63,790 bases of DNA, filler included, from Octopus bimaculoides (GCF_001194135.2; 8 parts of 8 records of this genome joined end to end with filler, not necessarily neighbours in it), one strand, 5' to 3'; shown: positions 10,540-23,823, numbered from the whole stretch's first letter. The notes: generated by a model from the sequence alone, not told the origin. Program-made: numbers and translations.

Positions 10540-11035
10540 TCTGGTTTTTCCTTTTTGCTGACATACATACCTTCTTCAAATAAATATCTTTTCGTTTTTT
10601 GTTGCTGTCTGGAATTTTCTATTCAGTTTTGTACATTTCTTACTATCTCCCATTGATTTTGCCTGCTGCAGTCTTCTGCAATTTCTATTGCTACTACTAA
10701 AATCCATTTAGACTTTCTTGCTTTTTACCTTCTTTTAAGATGATTTCTTGCCACTTCTTGAACAATGCCATTCAATTCTTGTTGTAGCTCCTCTGAATAA
10801 CTGTCAACCATTAACAACTGGAAATCGATTCTTGATATACACAACATGACTTTCTAATAAGTCTTAAAGATTGCACCTCTTAGGCCTGATGCTTGCTTTT
10901 TATTTTCTTCAATCTAAATTTGATCCTAAATAGAAACAATTGATTATCCTTACCACAATCATCCCATGGTATAGTTTTGGCGATCTAAACTGCATTCTTT
11001 CATCTCTTATTGCAAAGTACGTAACCAATTTCATT
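10540..11035 (-). mobile_element. Decayed RTE/BovB-like LINE (endonuclease C-terminus and linker)
   Basis: IGYVLCNKR*KNAV*IAKTIPWDDCGKDNQLFLFRIKFRLKKIK resembles BovB IDYILC..RW.S..SAKT.PGADCGSDH.LL..KFRLKLKK, followed by EELQQELNGIVQE and a KKARKSKW-like linker. Confidence 0.7.
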
Positions 11036-11105
11036 ATGATGTCGTTCACTAAGGGAGCTACCTATTTTGGTTACTCGTGGTGTAGAGAGCATATGATTTA
11101 GTGTA

Positions 11106-12374
11106 TTAGGATGTCAAGAAAGTTCTTGCGGTTTTTAACCTTTAAATTCATATGCACATATCTCGGCCCAAACAAAACTATATTAATCGAAATAACCACC
11201 ATCAGAATCAACACACTTTTGCCGACGCGAAACAAGTTTATTTATGCCAGTAGCGTAAAAATCCTGCGTTCTGGTGGCGATGAAATCGTTGAAGACGTGT
11301 TTGGCATCGTCTTGGTTTTTGAACCATTTCTCACGCAGGAAGTTGTCGAGATGCTTGAAAAAGTGGTAGTCGGTAGGCGAGAGGTCTGGTGAGTATGGCG
11401 GATGAGACAGAGTTTCATAGCCCAATTCGTTCAACTTCTGCAGGGTCAGTTGTGCGACGTGCGGCCGAATGTTGTCGAGGAGAAGNNNNNNNNNNNNNNN
11501 NNNNNNNNNNNNNNNNNNNNNNNNNNNNNNNNNNNNNNNNNNNNNNNNNNNNNNNNNNNNNNNNNNNNNNNNNNNNNNNNNNNNNNNNNNNNNNNNNNNN
11601 NNNNNNNNNNNNNNNNNNNNNNNNNNNNNNNNNNNNNNNNNNNNNNNNNNNNNNNNNNNNNNNNNNNNNNNNNNNNNNNNNNNNNNNNNNNNNNNNNNNN
11701 NNNNNNNNNNNNNNNNNNNNNNNNNNNNNNNNNNNNNNNNNNNNNNNNNNNNNNNNNNNNNNNNNNNNNNNNNNNNNNNNNNNNNNNNNNNNNNNNNNNN
11801 NNNNNNNNNNNNNNNNNNNNNNGTCGTTCAATTCGTGCGGCACCCATTTCTCAAGTATCTTTGTTTTTCCAATCTCTTTAAAGTGGTTGGAAATTGTAGT
11901 ATACGTTATGTCTAATTCAGAAGCAAGCTCTCGAACAGTTGTGCGTGGATTGGCTTCCACTAAGGCTCTTAACTGATCGTTGCCAACATCCGATGGCCGA
12001 CCACTACGCTTATCATCTTCAAGACTCTCGTCACCGCTACGAAAGTTCTTGAACCACCATTGTGCTGTACGTTCATTAGTGGTTTCTGGGACAAACATAT
12101 CGTTGATATCGCGAGCTGTTTCAGCAGCTTTTCGGCCTACCTTGAACTGGAATAAGAAAATTGTGCGAATTTGCTTTTTGTCCATGTTGTATTCAACTTT
12201 CCGCAAAAAATGGTCTAATTATTCAAAAAGAAAAAGAGTAACACGATTAGATAGAACGAAAAACGGGCTTTAAAATTATATTTAAAGTCAAAGTAATTTA
12301 ACGAAAATTAATTTGAAAATACATAATTTAAAACCAAAATTAAAAATTCCGCAAGAACTTTCTTGACAACCTAA
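11106..12374 (-). mobile_element. Mariner transposon, Hsmar1-like (cecropia subfamily), full length with TA target duplication
   Basis: 26-bp TIRs TTAGG(A/T)TGTCAAGAAAGTTCTTGCGG with 1 mismatch; TA at 11104-05 and 12375-76; 1269 bp including a 337-N gap. Confidence 0.95.
11183..12185 (-). CDS. Mariner DD34D transposase (central part hidden in N-gap)
   Basis: MDKKQIRTIFLFQFKVGRKAAETARDIN...SGRPS...KWVPHELND / LLLDNIRPHVAQLTLQKLNELGYETLSHPPYSPDLSPTDYHFFKHLDNFL...GINKLVSRRQKCVDSDGGYFD*. There are 34 residues between the visible Asp residues and no stop in the sequenced parts. Confidence 0.8.
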
Positions 12375-12439
12375 TATAAACTTTAGTAAGTAATTGAATA
12401 TGCAACAAGAAGAGATGCTCCTTTCATAATAAGATATTT

Positions 12440-12720
12440 CAATGCAAGCTGCCTCAACGATTCTTCTGGTTGTTAAGACCTAGCCAACCATTCTTCCTAA
12501 ACTCGTTTCGGTATTTGATAGCTTTTTGTTTTTTTAGTTCTAGCTGTATACGGTTAAGCAACAGTTTGTTGTAAATTTTTACTGCTCTCGCCGTAAGTGT
12601 AATCCCTGTTTTGATTGTATATTGCATTACGAAATTGAACGATTTCGTTGAATACTTCTATCCTCCAACTTTCTTCTGGTGGTATGTTATCAATGCTAGT
12701 TGTCTTTTTTCCCTTTGGGG
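12440..12720 (-). mobile_element. Decayed RTE-clade RT N-terminal fragment
   Basis: KKTTSIDNIPPEE, FNEI, AIYNQN, GITL, AVKIYNKLLLNRIQ, TTRRIVE in shifting frames. Confidence 0.65.
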
Positions 12721-13689
12721 GCGTCGTGAGCTCCTGAGGGTAAGGAAAGTATCAAGAGGGCGCTTGGTGTTTTGGATGGTCATGATTTTTCTTTAAAATA
12801 AAATATCTAAACTTTGTACAATACTTATATTTTAAAAACATTTTCGTTGAATCATGGTTGAGATTCAAATATTTATAAGACGTTGTGTTATCAGTAACAT
12901 AACAGTTATCCTTGCTTGAGGAAATAAGAGAGGTTGCTGCTGTTGGTAGTTTCTCCCTCGTACCTGGTTGAGAAAGTGTTCAGCATAGTAGATGAACTGT
13001 TAGCTTAACAGCAAAGTAGATTAAAAATATGTAAAAGAGGCGACTTGAGGCTCTGATTCTCAAATATTGAATTTAATATTTCTAAAGTAGTAAAATCTCA
13101 TCAAGTACCATGCAGCTATTAGTTATTCTTCAATTACTGGATATTGATTTTGAAACATAATTAGTTACTGAATATTTTTAAATATTTTACAATTGTCTTT
13201 TTCCATAAAATTATCCAAATACTAATAATATATGTGTTTGATGGCTAATAACAGTAATAAAGCTAATAAGATTTTATTTAAGATTAGTCTCTGTTGTTCT
13301 TTGTTCTAAGTTGCTTTATTTAAATGCTCTAATGATAAATCTAAATATGATTTTATTTTGTAGGTCCTCGTCTTCTATAGTAATTATCATAAAAATCTTA
13401 CATAGAAACTACTAATCAACGCAAATACTTACAAAGTGGTACATGTAGGATGGGATTGAATAAGAAAACATGGATAATAATACAGTGCTAAATTAGCTTC
13501 TGTTTTATTAAAATAATCTGTTGTTTTTTAGAGGGATAGGAACAAAACATGGAGAGGGATGTTTATAAAATGCAATTCGGTAGAAGTGGGCACCGAACAA
13601 GGAAAGGTTGAGAACTACTAATCTAATTCAAAATCATTTAGTCTCATGTTAAGATCATGTTTAATAGCGATTTTTAGGGTTCTATTTGA

Positions 13690-14600
13690 AACTGGTGAGA
13701 TATTATCCTGAAGGTAGCCTTATTGTTTGTAGACTTCTCAAAAGTTTTCGACATTGTCCACCGAGACATAATAAAGCAAATTCTCCTTGCATATAGTACA
13801 CTTCAAAAAGTAGTGGCAGCAGTAATCATGCTTAACCAGCACAGAATTGAAAACAAATTGCTACTTAAGGGATACATCGATTTCTAAGACAACAATGCAG
13901 ATGTCTTTCAAAGCGATATGCTTGCACAATACCTACATATCATCCAGCTTGACTATGTTCTTCGCATTTCAATTAACATTATAAAGCTTGGCTTCAGTTT
14001 AACAAAATCCGCCTCCCTTCGTCACCCAGCCACAACCATAACAGACGCAGATTATGCTGATAATATCGCACTTTTCACAGGCATCATATTAGGAGCTGCC
14101 ACACTGACATGGAAAAATTGGCTGAAAGTTTTGATCTTCATGTCAATAGCTCAATGACTGTTGTAATCTGCTACAATCAGTAGCGATCGATATGTACAAT
14201 CAAAACAACGTCTTTTAAGAATGTATAGATTCCTTCGCATATTTAGAAAGCAGCATCGTATCCACTGAAAAAGCAACAAAAATCGTGAGATCATGGGCTG
14301 TTCTTCATGGCTACATTGTCATATGGAAGTCAGACGCTCTTATGAAAAATCAGAGCTACGGTATGGCTTCCCTGCTTGAATATTCTCTAAATTCTCGGAA
14401 GCAAGGCTTGACGGTGCTTGCACCTGCATGTTACGAGGTGTTCTTAACATCCCCGGGATGAAAAATCATGTGACCAAAACAACGACAGTACAGCAATCTT
14501 CTTTCAATCATTCATGTGATTGGAGAAACGTATATGCTTTGCAGAGCATTGCAGGGAAGTAAAACATCTTGTTACACTTCATACGCTCCTATGGAAACTC
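13690..14600 (+). mobile_element. Decayed RTE-clade RT
   Basis: VDFSKVFDIVHRDIIKQILLAY; DVFQSDMLAQYLHIIQLDYVLRIS (QGD.LAPYLF-like); RHPATTITDADYADNIAL (YADD-like). Confidence 0.7.
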
Positions 14601-14739
14601 TAGCATGTTTATACATAGGTCAGTCATCGAACAAAATTCTTCATCCACCAGTTCTGTATGAATAAGAATTGTTACCCTCACAAATGCTATACTGGATTGA
14701 CTGGGTGACGCGGCCGCGCCAAGCAAATCCGAAGAAGCT

Positions 14740-14921
14740 CGAAGAGACAATCAGTGATGGAAACGTTGGAGAGAAAAATGAAGAATTGAATGATGCTGGA
14801 AAGTATGGATCAAGAGAAAGTAATGAAACTAGAGCTAAAAGTTATGAGTTTTGTATAATGAATAATGTGTTTATCTGCAACACCTATTTTGCGAAACCAA
14901 AGAAAATATATTCATATGTGT

Positions 14922-14923
<2 letters not shown>
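14740..14923 (+). mobile_element. Decayed LINE APE endonuclease fragment
   Basis: GNVGEKNEELNDAGKYGSRESNETRAKSYEFCIMNNVFICNTYFAKPKKIYSY resembles VG..G.G.RNE.G..L.EFC..NNL.I.NT.F. Confidence 0.6.
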
Positions 14924-15018
<95 letters not shown>

Positions 15019-17698
15019 TAAGAAAGCAGTTAAAATTTTAATTGACAAAACAGTGGATTCCTAAGAATAACGTACCCGTTTTTAATACGTTATTGCAAAA
15101 ATGAATATGAATATCTGATGGGTGTTATTTTTCATTAGTGGAGACGGCACATCCTCCCTTTCGACAATCAGTCCGAGGGATAGCTTTGACAGATGAGGCA
15201 TATAATGAGGTCGAAAAAACGTGATGCCTCAAAGTCCCCTTATACCAGTGAATCACGTCTGTTATGAACACTCATTGTCTAAAAGGAGAAAGTTGTCCTC
15301 TCGTTGACGGAAAGCACAGTGATCAGACAGATATTCATGATCAAATCTACCAGAATATATTAAGAATGAATAATTACATTGTTGATTTCTCGCTGTTCTG
15401 CGAGCATCCCATGATTTATGCATTTCAGTTTGAAATAAAAGTGGTTTTAAATCATGTACAAATGCCCTGCTTTCTTATACCTTTACTTGACATTTAATGA
15501 ATTTAACTGATTGAGAGGTCAAATTCTTTATAGCTTATATATCTAACTAACTACGCCCACAATATCAATGATGTCCTTATCAATCTATTTATCATTGAGA
15601 TATAAATAAGATAACAGTATATGAAATCGCAAATAAAAATCGTTATTGCTTCATGTGATAAGTCAATATAAATCTAGAATCGCAGTATGCCTAAATTAAT
15701 TTTGGTTTCGGGGCTGCAGATAAGAATAGGAAATGGAAGATAGATTTTTATATTAGCGGTCAACAGTATAAAGAAATCTACATATTTAAAGCTTTCATAT
15801 GTGTGGTGGTGATAGGGGTGTATACATGTGCGTATAAGAGTTGTGATGGTCTACAACGCATTCAGATAGCAAAGCCATTAACTGACAGAAATATTGATTT
15901 CAAATTTTGGCAGAAGACCAGTAATTTCAGGGGAAGGAGTAAGTCGGTTACAGCGACCCCGGTGTTCAATCGGTATTTATTTAATCGACCCTGAAAGGAT
16001 GAAAAGTAAAGTCGGCCTCGGCAGAATTTGAACTCAGAACGTAAAGGCGCGCTAACGATTCTGCCAGGTCACCGACTTATTAACTGTCAGGAATATTAAA
16101 ATCCAAGATTTCCTTTTGACTGAAACTAAATACAAGGAGCCAGTCTCGTATTTATTTCCCAATTCATTTCCCTGGTACAAGCAATTATAATCAATCCAAC
16201 ATACATTGTCCAGTTAATACAGTTGTTAGTTTCCTCTTTAATCATACGTTTAAAAGAAGGCTAAAGCCTTGCGAGATGTGGCGGCTCTACTGCTTGTTGT
16301 AATCATGTTCTCAGAGCATGAAAACAACAAAAAAAGAAATTTTAGCAGGTAAATACAAATAGAAATAATTAGAAGACAACGTAATTATTTTCAGACATTG
16401 TACCTGAAAAAAAGATGGCATACTCATAGGTGGAACATCTTTGATCATAGTTTTGTTCAATTAGAGTTGACAACGACAACAGTCTGAACAAAAACAGAAA
16501 AAGTGAATATGAAGAGATCTATGAAGACGTTGCCTCGCCACTGACGAAGCAAGTTCTTCAATTAAGCATCTCATCAACACGTAAATCTACGACTAATTGA
16601 TACGAACAAACAACAGCGCAATTACATCAGTTTCTCACCTTTTTTTTTTTTCTTTTTTTTTTTGCTCAGCACCACCACCCTTTCAGTGAATGGCGTTTTA
16701 CAAACGTTTCCTCCTTCTACTCCTCGTCTTTTGTAGGAGCACAAAAAGAGAGTATCTTAATCAATGAGAACCCAATTTTTGCCCCGTGGCTTATTATCCC
16801 TTTTAACTTATAGTATCCTATCTAGCATGTGCCTCTTTCTAAAAGTTTGAGTACACTAGTGTCCTCATAAGCAAAAATTTATGGAAATTACCGAAGGAGG
16901 TGAGAATTTACATCGCGAAATTATATTAGCTCATGGTGCTATGTTTTCTACTCACTCATTAAACAATATCCTCTTCATATTTTAATCACGACACAGATTT
17001 TTTCGGAAATGCGTTTGTATCTGGTATTGTATTTTATTCCGAAGAAAAATCACGATCCCTTAATACACCCAGCCCCTCCTTGACAGTTGCCGCCTCTCAG
17101 TAAATTTACACCCCTCCCCAAAGAGTGCTATTGGCTCAGTTTTTAATTTACTTGCTGAGTTTGAGGGAAAGTGCAGAGACCATGTTCCTTTGAAGGTCCT
17201 CCCAAACTGGTGAGAGTGATTCGTTAATGTTCCGTTTATCACTGCAAGTTAACACTTGCAGGAAAGACATGAGCAAGATTTCAGAGGAACGATGTCCTGG
17301 GGGAAAGGATTGGGTATGATGATCAGTATGGGATAATAGGGCTGGATGCAACAAGAGTGAAGAGGGGTAGAGTGATGAGTGAATCGGTGGGGCTTAAGTG
17401 GTGGTGGTGGTGGTGGTGGTGGTAGGATATCAGCCATTACGGTAGCGAGAGAAAAGACAGACCGAGGATTCTGCACATCTGTGGGTCAGACGTGTGTTCG
17501 TTAGTGACTGAATATCAATTAGTTGAGCTGTTGGAGGTTGAAATATTCTCTGATTCCAAAGAGATGGACCAGTCTTTGAAATGGTATCCTAGATATACTA
17601 AGGATGAACTTTCGCCAGAAAAAATTCTCAGAGGCAGAGAGGCAACTTACGTTTAGAGGGGTATGAAGTAGTGGGATTTTTTTCCTGAAGACAATGTA

Positions 17699-18250
17699 TT
17701 GCGTTGAGTCAAAATTTTTGCAATATTTTGATAAGTTATTTGAATGCAGCTTATTATTTAAAGTAGAGGCTATCATGTTGCATCGTCTGAAGCCATTTTT
17801 CTGCCGGTTCTTTGATCCCACGCTTGTCCTTCATTGAAACTTCAACTTCCTGATAAAACGTTGCAAGTGCAGGAAGTGAGCCATGGATCGGAACAAATAA
17901 TAATCCCATGGAACTAGGACCGGACTATAAGCTGGGTGTGACAGTTCGATTCCCTCAAGTTCCTGAAGTTTATTCCGGATTGTTCGAGTGGCATGCTATC
18001 TTGCGTTGTCTTACTGCTGAAGACCTCGTTCTCTGTTAAATAAAGCCGGGTATTTTTACCTCACAATGTATCATCTCTCTGCTCCAGCTCTTCAGAGTGC
18101 AGGTTGACATCGATGGTTCTACTGTCAGGAACGAACTCGAAGTGAATTATCCTCTTACAATTCCACCAGATGCTGAGCATCATCTTGTGTTCGAATCGCC
18201 CATGTTTGGTGACAAGTTCCGGAAGCTGGCTCTTACTTAACCACTGCACA
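17699..18250 (-). mobile_element. Decayed mariner, 3' half with TIR-like end
   Basis: KMMLSIWWNCKRIIHFEFVP; QQ*DNAR*HATRTIRNKLQEL; HPAYSPVLVPWDYYLFRSM; IKEPAEKWLQTMQHDSLYFK*; end TTGCGTTGAGTCAAAATTTTTGC with TA at 17697. Confidence 0.8.
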
Positions 18251-18279
18251 TGCGCGTTATCGTTGCAGAAAAATATCTC

Positions 18280-18460
18280 GCTCGGATTACTATTTGCTCC
18301 GACCCATGGTTCGCTTCCAAGATGAGGTAGAAACTACAGTGAAGCAGTTCTTTCCCCTGAAAGACAAGAACTGTTATCACCGTTGGATCAAAGAACTGGC
18401 AGAAAAGTGGCTTCAGACGATGCGACATGATGGTTTCTACTTTGAATATGAGGCTGCTTT
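18280..18460 (+). mobile_element. Second mariner C-terminal fragment, same family, opposite orientation
   Basis: SDYYLLRPMVRFQDEVETTVKQFFPLKDKNCYHRWIKELAEKWLQTMRHDGFYFEYE. Confidence 0.75.
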
Positions 18461-19393
18461 TGTTGTAACTTGGCGAATGAAACAAATAAGTTACCAACAT
18501 ATTCTTTTCTACTCTAGGCACAAGGCCAAAATTTAGTGTGAGGGGTGCCAGTCTATTAGAACGACCCCAGTACACCACTGGTACTTAATTTATCGACTCC
18601 GAAAGGATGAAAGGCAAAGTCGACCTCGGCGAAATTTGAACTCAGAACGTAAAGACAGACGAAATACCGCTAAGCATTTTGCCCGGCGTGATGACGCTTC
18701 TGCCAGCTCGCGGCCTTCCAAGTCACCAAAACATTGCCAAACCTTTGACTCAACACAATAAGCTACTCGAGAAAAGGACGGGATAGTCATTACTGTTTTA
18801 GCCAATTGACTTGTACATTTATGATGTGGCAATAGATATAACTCTATCGCTTGTCCTTAGATCACGTTTCTTCCACATCCATGTACGCTGTGTCGTGTGT
18901 GCAATTTATTTTTGCGATTAGGCTGTTGCTTTCATAATTTTAGATAAAGAGAACGTGAAGGGAATATCAAGCTATTTATATGTTAAGTATCCGTTCTTCT
19001 TTTGACAGACTCTGCACATTGGTGATACCGGAATATTAATATGATTTTGTAAATTTATTTCAATTTTTTTATTTGAGATATATTTTACTTTCATATTCAT
19101 TATGTGTATATATACATATGAGTATATACATACACACACACGCACATACATATTCACATCATATATACATACATTCATACATACAAGCATACACTCACAT
19201 ACGCGCGCGCACATACACACACACACATACATACACATATATGCATTTGAAGTTTGTAAAAAACAACACCACCGTTGAGAGGGATTGCGCATCCGCTTAT
19301 CAATAGAATTTCCAATTTCAAAAGTTAGAACTTCACATAACCCAGTGTGCTACTGTGATTCTCTTTTATTAATGTATTTATTTATTTATTTAC

Positions 19394-19394
<1 letters not shown>

Positions 19395-19430
<36 letters not shown>

Positions 19431-19505
19431 TACTACTACTATTATTATTACTACTACTACTATTATTATTACTACTACTACTATTATTATTACTACTACT
19501 ACTAC

Positions 19506-19575
<70 letters not shown>
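19395..19575. repeat. (ATT)n/(ACT)n compound microsatellite
   Basis: Direct reading. Confidence 0.95.
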
Positions 19576-19802
19576 TTCTGTACTGAAAATGCTGTTGATT
19601 TTTCAAATAATATTGAGAGAACTTGTTATTGTCAACCAAAAGTGTTTCAGCTATTAATATGACTTCCTTGTCTAAAGCAGTGCTTCTCAACCGGACTCCA
19701 TATGGCCCTTGGGGTCCATATAAGATTTTCATGTTAAAATTTATCTGTAACAAATTTATCATACTTCTACAATACACAAAATATTTTTACAATTTCTTTT
19801 TA

Positions 19803-20215
19803 TAGACGCAGGCATGGCTGTGTGGAAAGAAGTTTGCTTCCCAACCACATGGTTCCGAGTTCAGTTCCACAGCGTGACGCCTTGGGCAAGTGTCTCCCTT
19901 GTCAGTGGATTCGGTAGACAGAAACTGAAAGAAGCCCGTCGCGTGTGTGTGTGTGTGTCTGTATGTATGCCTGTGTGTTTGTCTGATTGACTGACTGACT
20001 GCCTGTTTTTGTCCCCCTACCACCGCTTGACAACTGACGCTGATGTGTTTATGTACTCGTGTCCTAGCGGTTCGGTAACAAGAGACCGATAGAATAGTTA
20101 CTAGGCTTACAAAGAATAAGTCTTGAGGTCGATTTCTTCGACCAAAACCCTTTAAGGTGGTGCTCCAGCATGGGCGCAGTCAACTGACTGAAACAAGTAA
20201 AAGAATAAAAGAATT
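19803..20215 (+). mobile_element. SINE family A, full length with a small deletion in the head
   Basis: GCAGGCATGGCTGTGTGG...internal (TG)n...TAAAAGAATAAAAGAA. Confidence 0.85.
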
Positions 20216-20819
20216 CCTAATAATATTTAATTATAAAAATATAATAGGACTTTTTAAATATCAAATGATTATGAGATTCCATTCGACTGAAACAGGAATG
20301 AAAAGGTTCCATAGGGGAAAATGATTGAGAAACACTGGTCTAATGTTCTCTTCCGTCTTAAACGGTGGAGTGTGATTTGAGGGAGATTTGACTGCTATTT
20401 CTAGTAGGTCAAGCAACCATCTAGATATTCCCTCATTAGTACACGCAGCTGAGAAATTTTGTTTTTCGTACCCTTAGTTGATAATATCGAGTTATTATAA
20501 TGACAGAAAAAAACACAAATTTTCAAATGGAGATTGGATTCAAACAACAACAATATAAGCTTAATATACATTCTATTGACCCCCAAAAGGGATGAAATAT
20601 TTAATTCACTTCAACTACATATAAATATAGTGAAACAAAAAAAAATAATCAATTAAAATGGCACCCGTCATGAAAAGGAGCGTCACTGTAGCTGAGTAGA
20701 TTTGAAGAGAGTGAGATGAAATACTGTGCTCAAGGATACAATGTGTAGCGTTGGTTGATGTCAGTTCATATACAACATTTATTGCCACATTTTTTACAAG
20801 GGTTCTTGTAATACAGAGT

Positions 20820-21060
20820 CAATCTTGTATGAACATCGTGTTTTACTGGTGCTGGAGGCACATAATTGATGACTGGACTGATCTTTTACATCGCTGCAAT
20901 AACGTATGGCCGCCTTGATTCTTCATCCATTTCCGAGTTGGGTACAGAATGTGAAAACAGTTATTAGAAGAATCGCGCTGGTTTGAGTATAAAGCTATGA
21001 AAACGATTTTGAAAGAGGAACTGGGACCGTAACGAACGAAGTCCCAATTCCTTCTGCTTT
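20820..21060 (+). mobile_element. Possible highly decayed mariner N-terminus
   Basis: FYWC...DDWTDL..., a GR(P)-like segment, and KTILKEELG in shifting frames. Confidence 0.35.
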
Positions 21061-21539
21061 CTTGCACCTAGAGCCTCTGTATTTCAGGCCTTCGTTGATG
21101 GAAAATTATAGAACTTATCACGTGAACAATAAGTTCTGCTTGGCTGAAATGGGATTTTCGCGCATGATAAACGCAATTTACACGTAATCGGAAATGGATT
21201 TGGAAAAACAACTTCCATAAATGCTTTGCTCCGTTCGAGAATCGCGCTCACAACCTAACAATCGGGAATCCAACAGTCTAACTACTCGGCCAAACTCTTC
21301 AAAGCGTCAATGATAATTTCCTGTGGAAAAAAGAAACAAGAGAGACAACTCTGAAGTTTAAATTGTTTAAAAATCGAATGAGAACATAGTGAATCTGATT
21401 TACTCCAGATATGCCTCAATATCATTTACACCTCCTCAGTGACCGTACTTACCAAGTTAGACTCACTCCCTGCTGCATTCCCTATTCAAAGTTGGATTTC
21501 AAAATTGTCTCCCTTATGTGCATATACATACCTTTATTT

Positions 21540-21930
21540 TTTAGCTTCTATTTGTTTCAGTCAGAAGACTGTGGCACTGGGGCACCGCTTGAAGAACTTT
21601 TAGTCGAATGAATCGAACACAGAACTTATTGTTTTAAGCCTGGTACTTATTCTATCAGTCTCTTAGCCAAACTGCTAAGTTGCAGGGACGCAAGCAAACC
21701 AACACCGATTGTCAAGCGCTGTTGTGGGACAAACACAGACACAAAGACACACACACACACACACGCGCGCGGATATATATATATATGGGCTTCTTCCAAA
21801 TCCACTCACAAGGCTTTATTCGGCCCGAGGCTATACTTAGAAGACACTTGCTCAAGGTGCCATGCAGTGGGACCGAACCCGGAATCGTGGTTGGGAAGGA
21901 AGCTTCTTACCACACAACCACGTCTGCACC
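21540..21930 (-). mobile_element. SINE family A, diverged full-length copy
   Basis: Tail, internal (CA)n/(TA)n and head AAATCCACTCACAAGGC...GCCATGCAGTGGGACCGAACCC. Confidence 0.8.
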
Positions 21931-22003
21931 TATATACGCGCATATAATACATATCCGCGCATGAGTGCACACACGCCCTTACACACTATGTACAGACAGA
22001 CAA

Positions 22004-22034
<31 letters not shown>

Positions 22035-22046
22035 TACAGATAGATC

Positions 22047-22080
<34 letters not shown>

Positions 22081-22799
22081 CAGATAGATAGATAGATAGA
22101 TAGATAGATGTTAACGCTCCGAGCGTTTTCTGTCGAAAAGCTTGTCATCGTTTTGCTTTGTGTGAACCAAAGAGATTTGCAAACAAACGATACCAATTTT
22201 TTCCAAGCGCCGAAATCGTAGCGGCTCAGGATAAAAACTTGCTTGATGAAATGGGTTTATCCAAATCTGCCTTTGTCCTTTCCATTAATATTGTTTGTCA
22301 GACCATGAACAAAAGCATTTTATCCGTGACCATTTTGTCTTCGTTATCGCTTTATAGTTCTACATTATCAATTTATCCTCTTTCTATTTTAGACAGTAGG
22401 ATGCGATCTGCGGTTGATTTGTTCACACACACTCCTATATACATACATACATTCACACATAGACAGACAGACGGACAGACAGACATGGCAGACCAATTCC
22501 TAAACTCAGTGAGGCCATGCAAATATTCTGAGAGTCCAAGAAATTCCTTTGCGTGAATTGCTTTTGAGTGGATAAAATGTTGCACCGCACAGACCCCACT
22601 TTTCAGTGCAATAAGCTATAACACTAGTGGCACAACTGAAGCTGAAATGATCAGAAACCAACCATACATTCATTTATGCATACATGTATGCATACATGCA
22701 TGCATACATACATAGATACACACACATATGTGCATACATCCATGCATAAATACAAGCAAACGTACATGTGTGTATATACTTACGTGTGTGTAAGAGAGA

Positions 22800-22878
<79 letters not shown>

Positions 22879-22884
22879 CGCGCG

Positions 22885-23070
22885 CACGCTGCGCAGGCAT
22901 GGCTGTGTGGCTGTGTTTATGTCCACGTAACTTAGCGGTTCGGCAAAAGAGTATGACTGAATAAGTACTAAGCTTAAAAGAATAAGTCCTGGAGTCGATT
23001 TCTTTGACTAAAACCTTTCAAGGCGATGTCCCTGCATGGCCACAGCCAAATGACTGAAATAAGTTTATAA
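22885..23070 (+). mobile_element. SINE family A with internal deletion (head start fused to tail)
   Basis: CAGGCATGGCTGTGTGG joined directly to CTGTGTTTATGTCCACGTAACTTAGCGG. Confidence 0.75.
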
Positions 23071-23823
23071 AAAAAAGTGTATATATAACATTTACTGTGT
23101 TAAAAATAATCAATATCATAAAGAAATGAAAATGTATCCCAGTGGCAACCNNNNNNNNNNNNNNNNNNNNNNNNNNNNNNNNNNNNNNNNNNNNNNNNNN
23201 NNNNNNNNNNNNNNNNNNNNNNNNNNNNNNNNNNNNNNNNNNNNNNNNNNNNNNNNNNNNNNNNNNNNNNNNNNNNNNNNNNNNNNNNNNNNNNNNNNNN
23301 NNNNNNNNNNNNNNNNNNNNNNNNNNNNNNNNNNNNNNNNNNNNNNNNNNNNNNNNNNNNNNNNNNNNNNNNNNNNNNNNNNNNNNNNNNNNNNNNNNNN
23401 NNNNNNNNNNNNNNNNNNNNNNNNNNNNNNNNNNNNNNNNNNNNNNNNNNNNNNNNNNNNNNNNNNNNNNNNNNNNNNNNNNNNNNNNNNNNNNNNNNNN
23501 NNNNNNNNNNNNNNNNNNNNNNNNNNNNNNNNNNNNNNNNNNNNNNNNNNNNNNNNNNNNNNNNNNNNNNNNNNNNNNNNNNNNNNNNNNNNNNNNNNNN
23601 NNNNNNNNNNNNNNNNNNNNNNNNNNNNNNNNNNNNNNNNNNNNNNNNNNNNNNNNNNNNNNNNNNNNNNNNNNNNNNNNNNNNNNNNNNNNNNNNNNNN
23701 NNNNNNNNNNNNNNNNNNNNNNNNNNNNNNNNNNNNNNNNNNNNNNNNNNNNNNNNNNNNNNNNNNNNNNNNNNNNNNNNNNNNNNNNNNNNNNNNNNNN
23801 NNNNNNNNNNNNNNNNNNNNNNN

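Noticed and set aside
22110-22390. Open frame of about 95 codons in unique DNA ([15 protein letters not shown]...SAEIVAAQDKNLLDEMGL)
   Set aside because: No recognisable family or convincing splice sites; the ORF extends into microsatellite.
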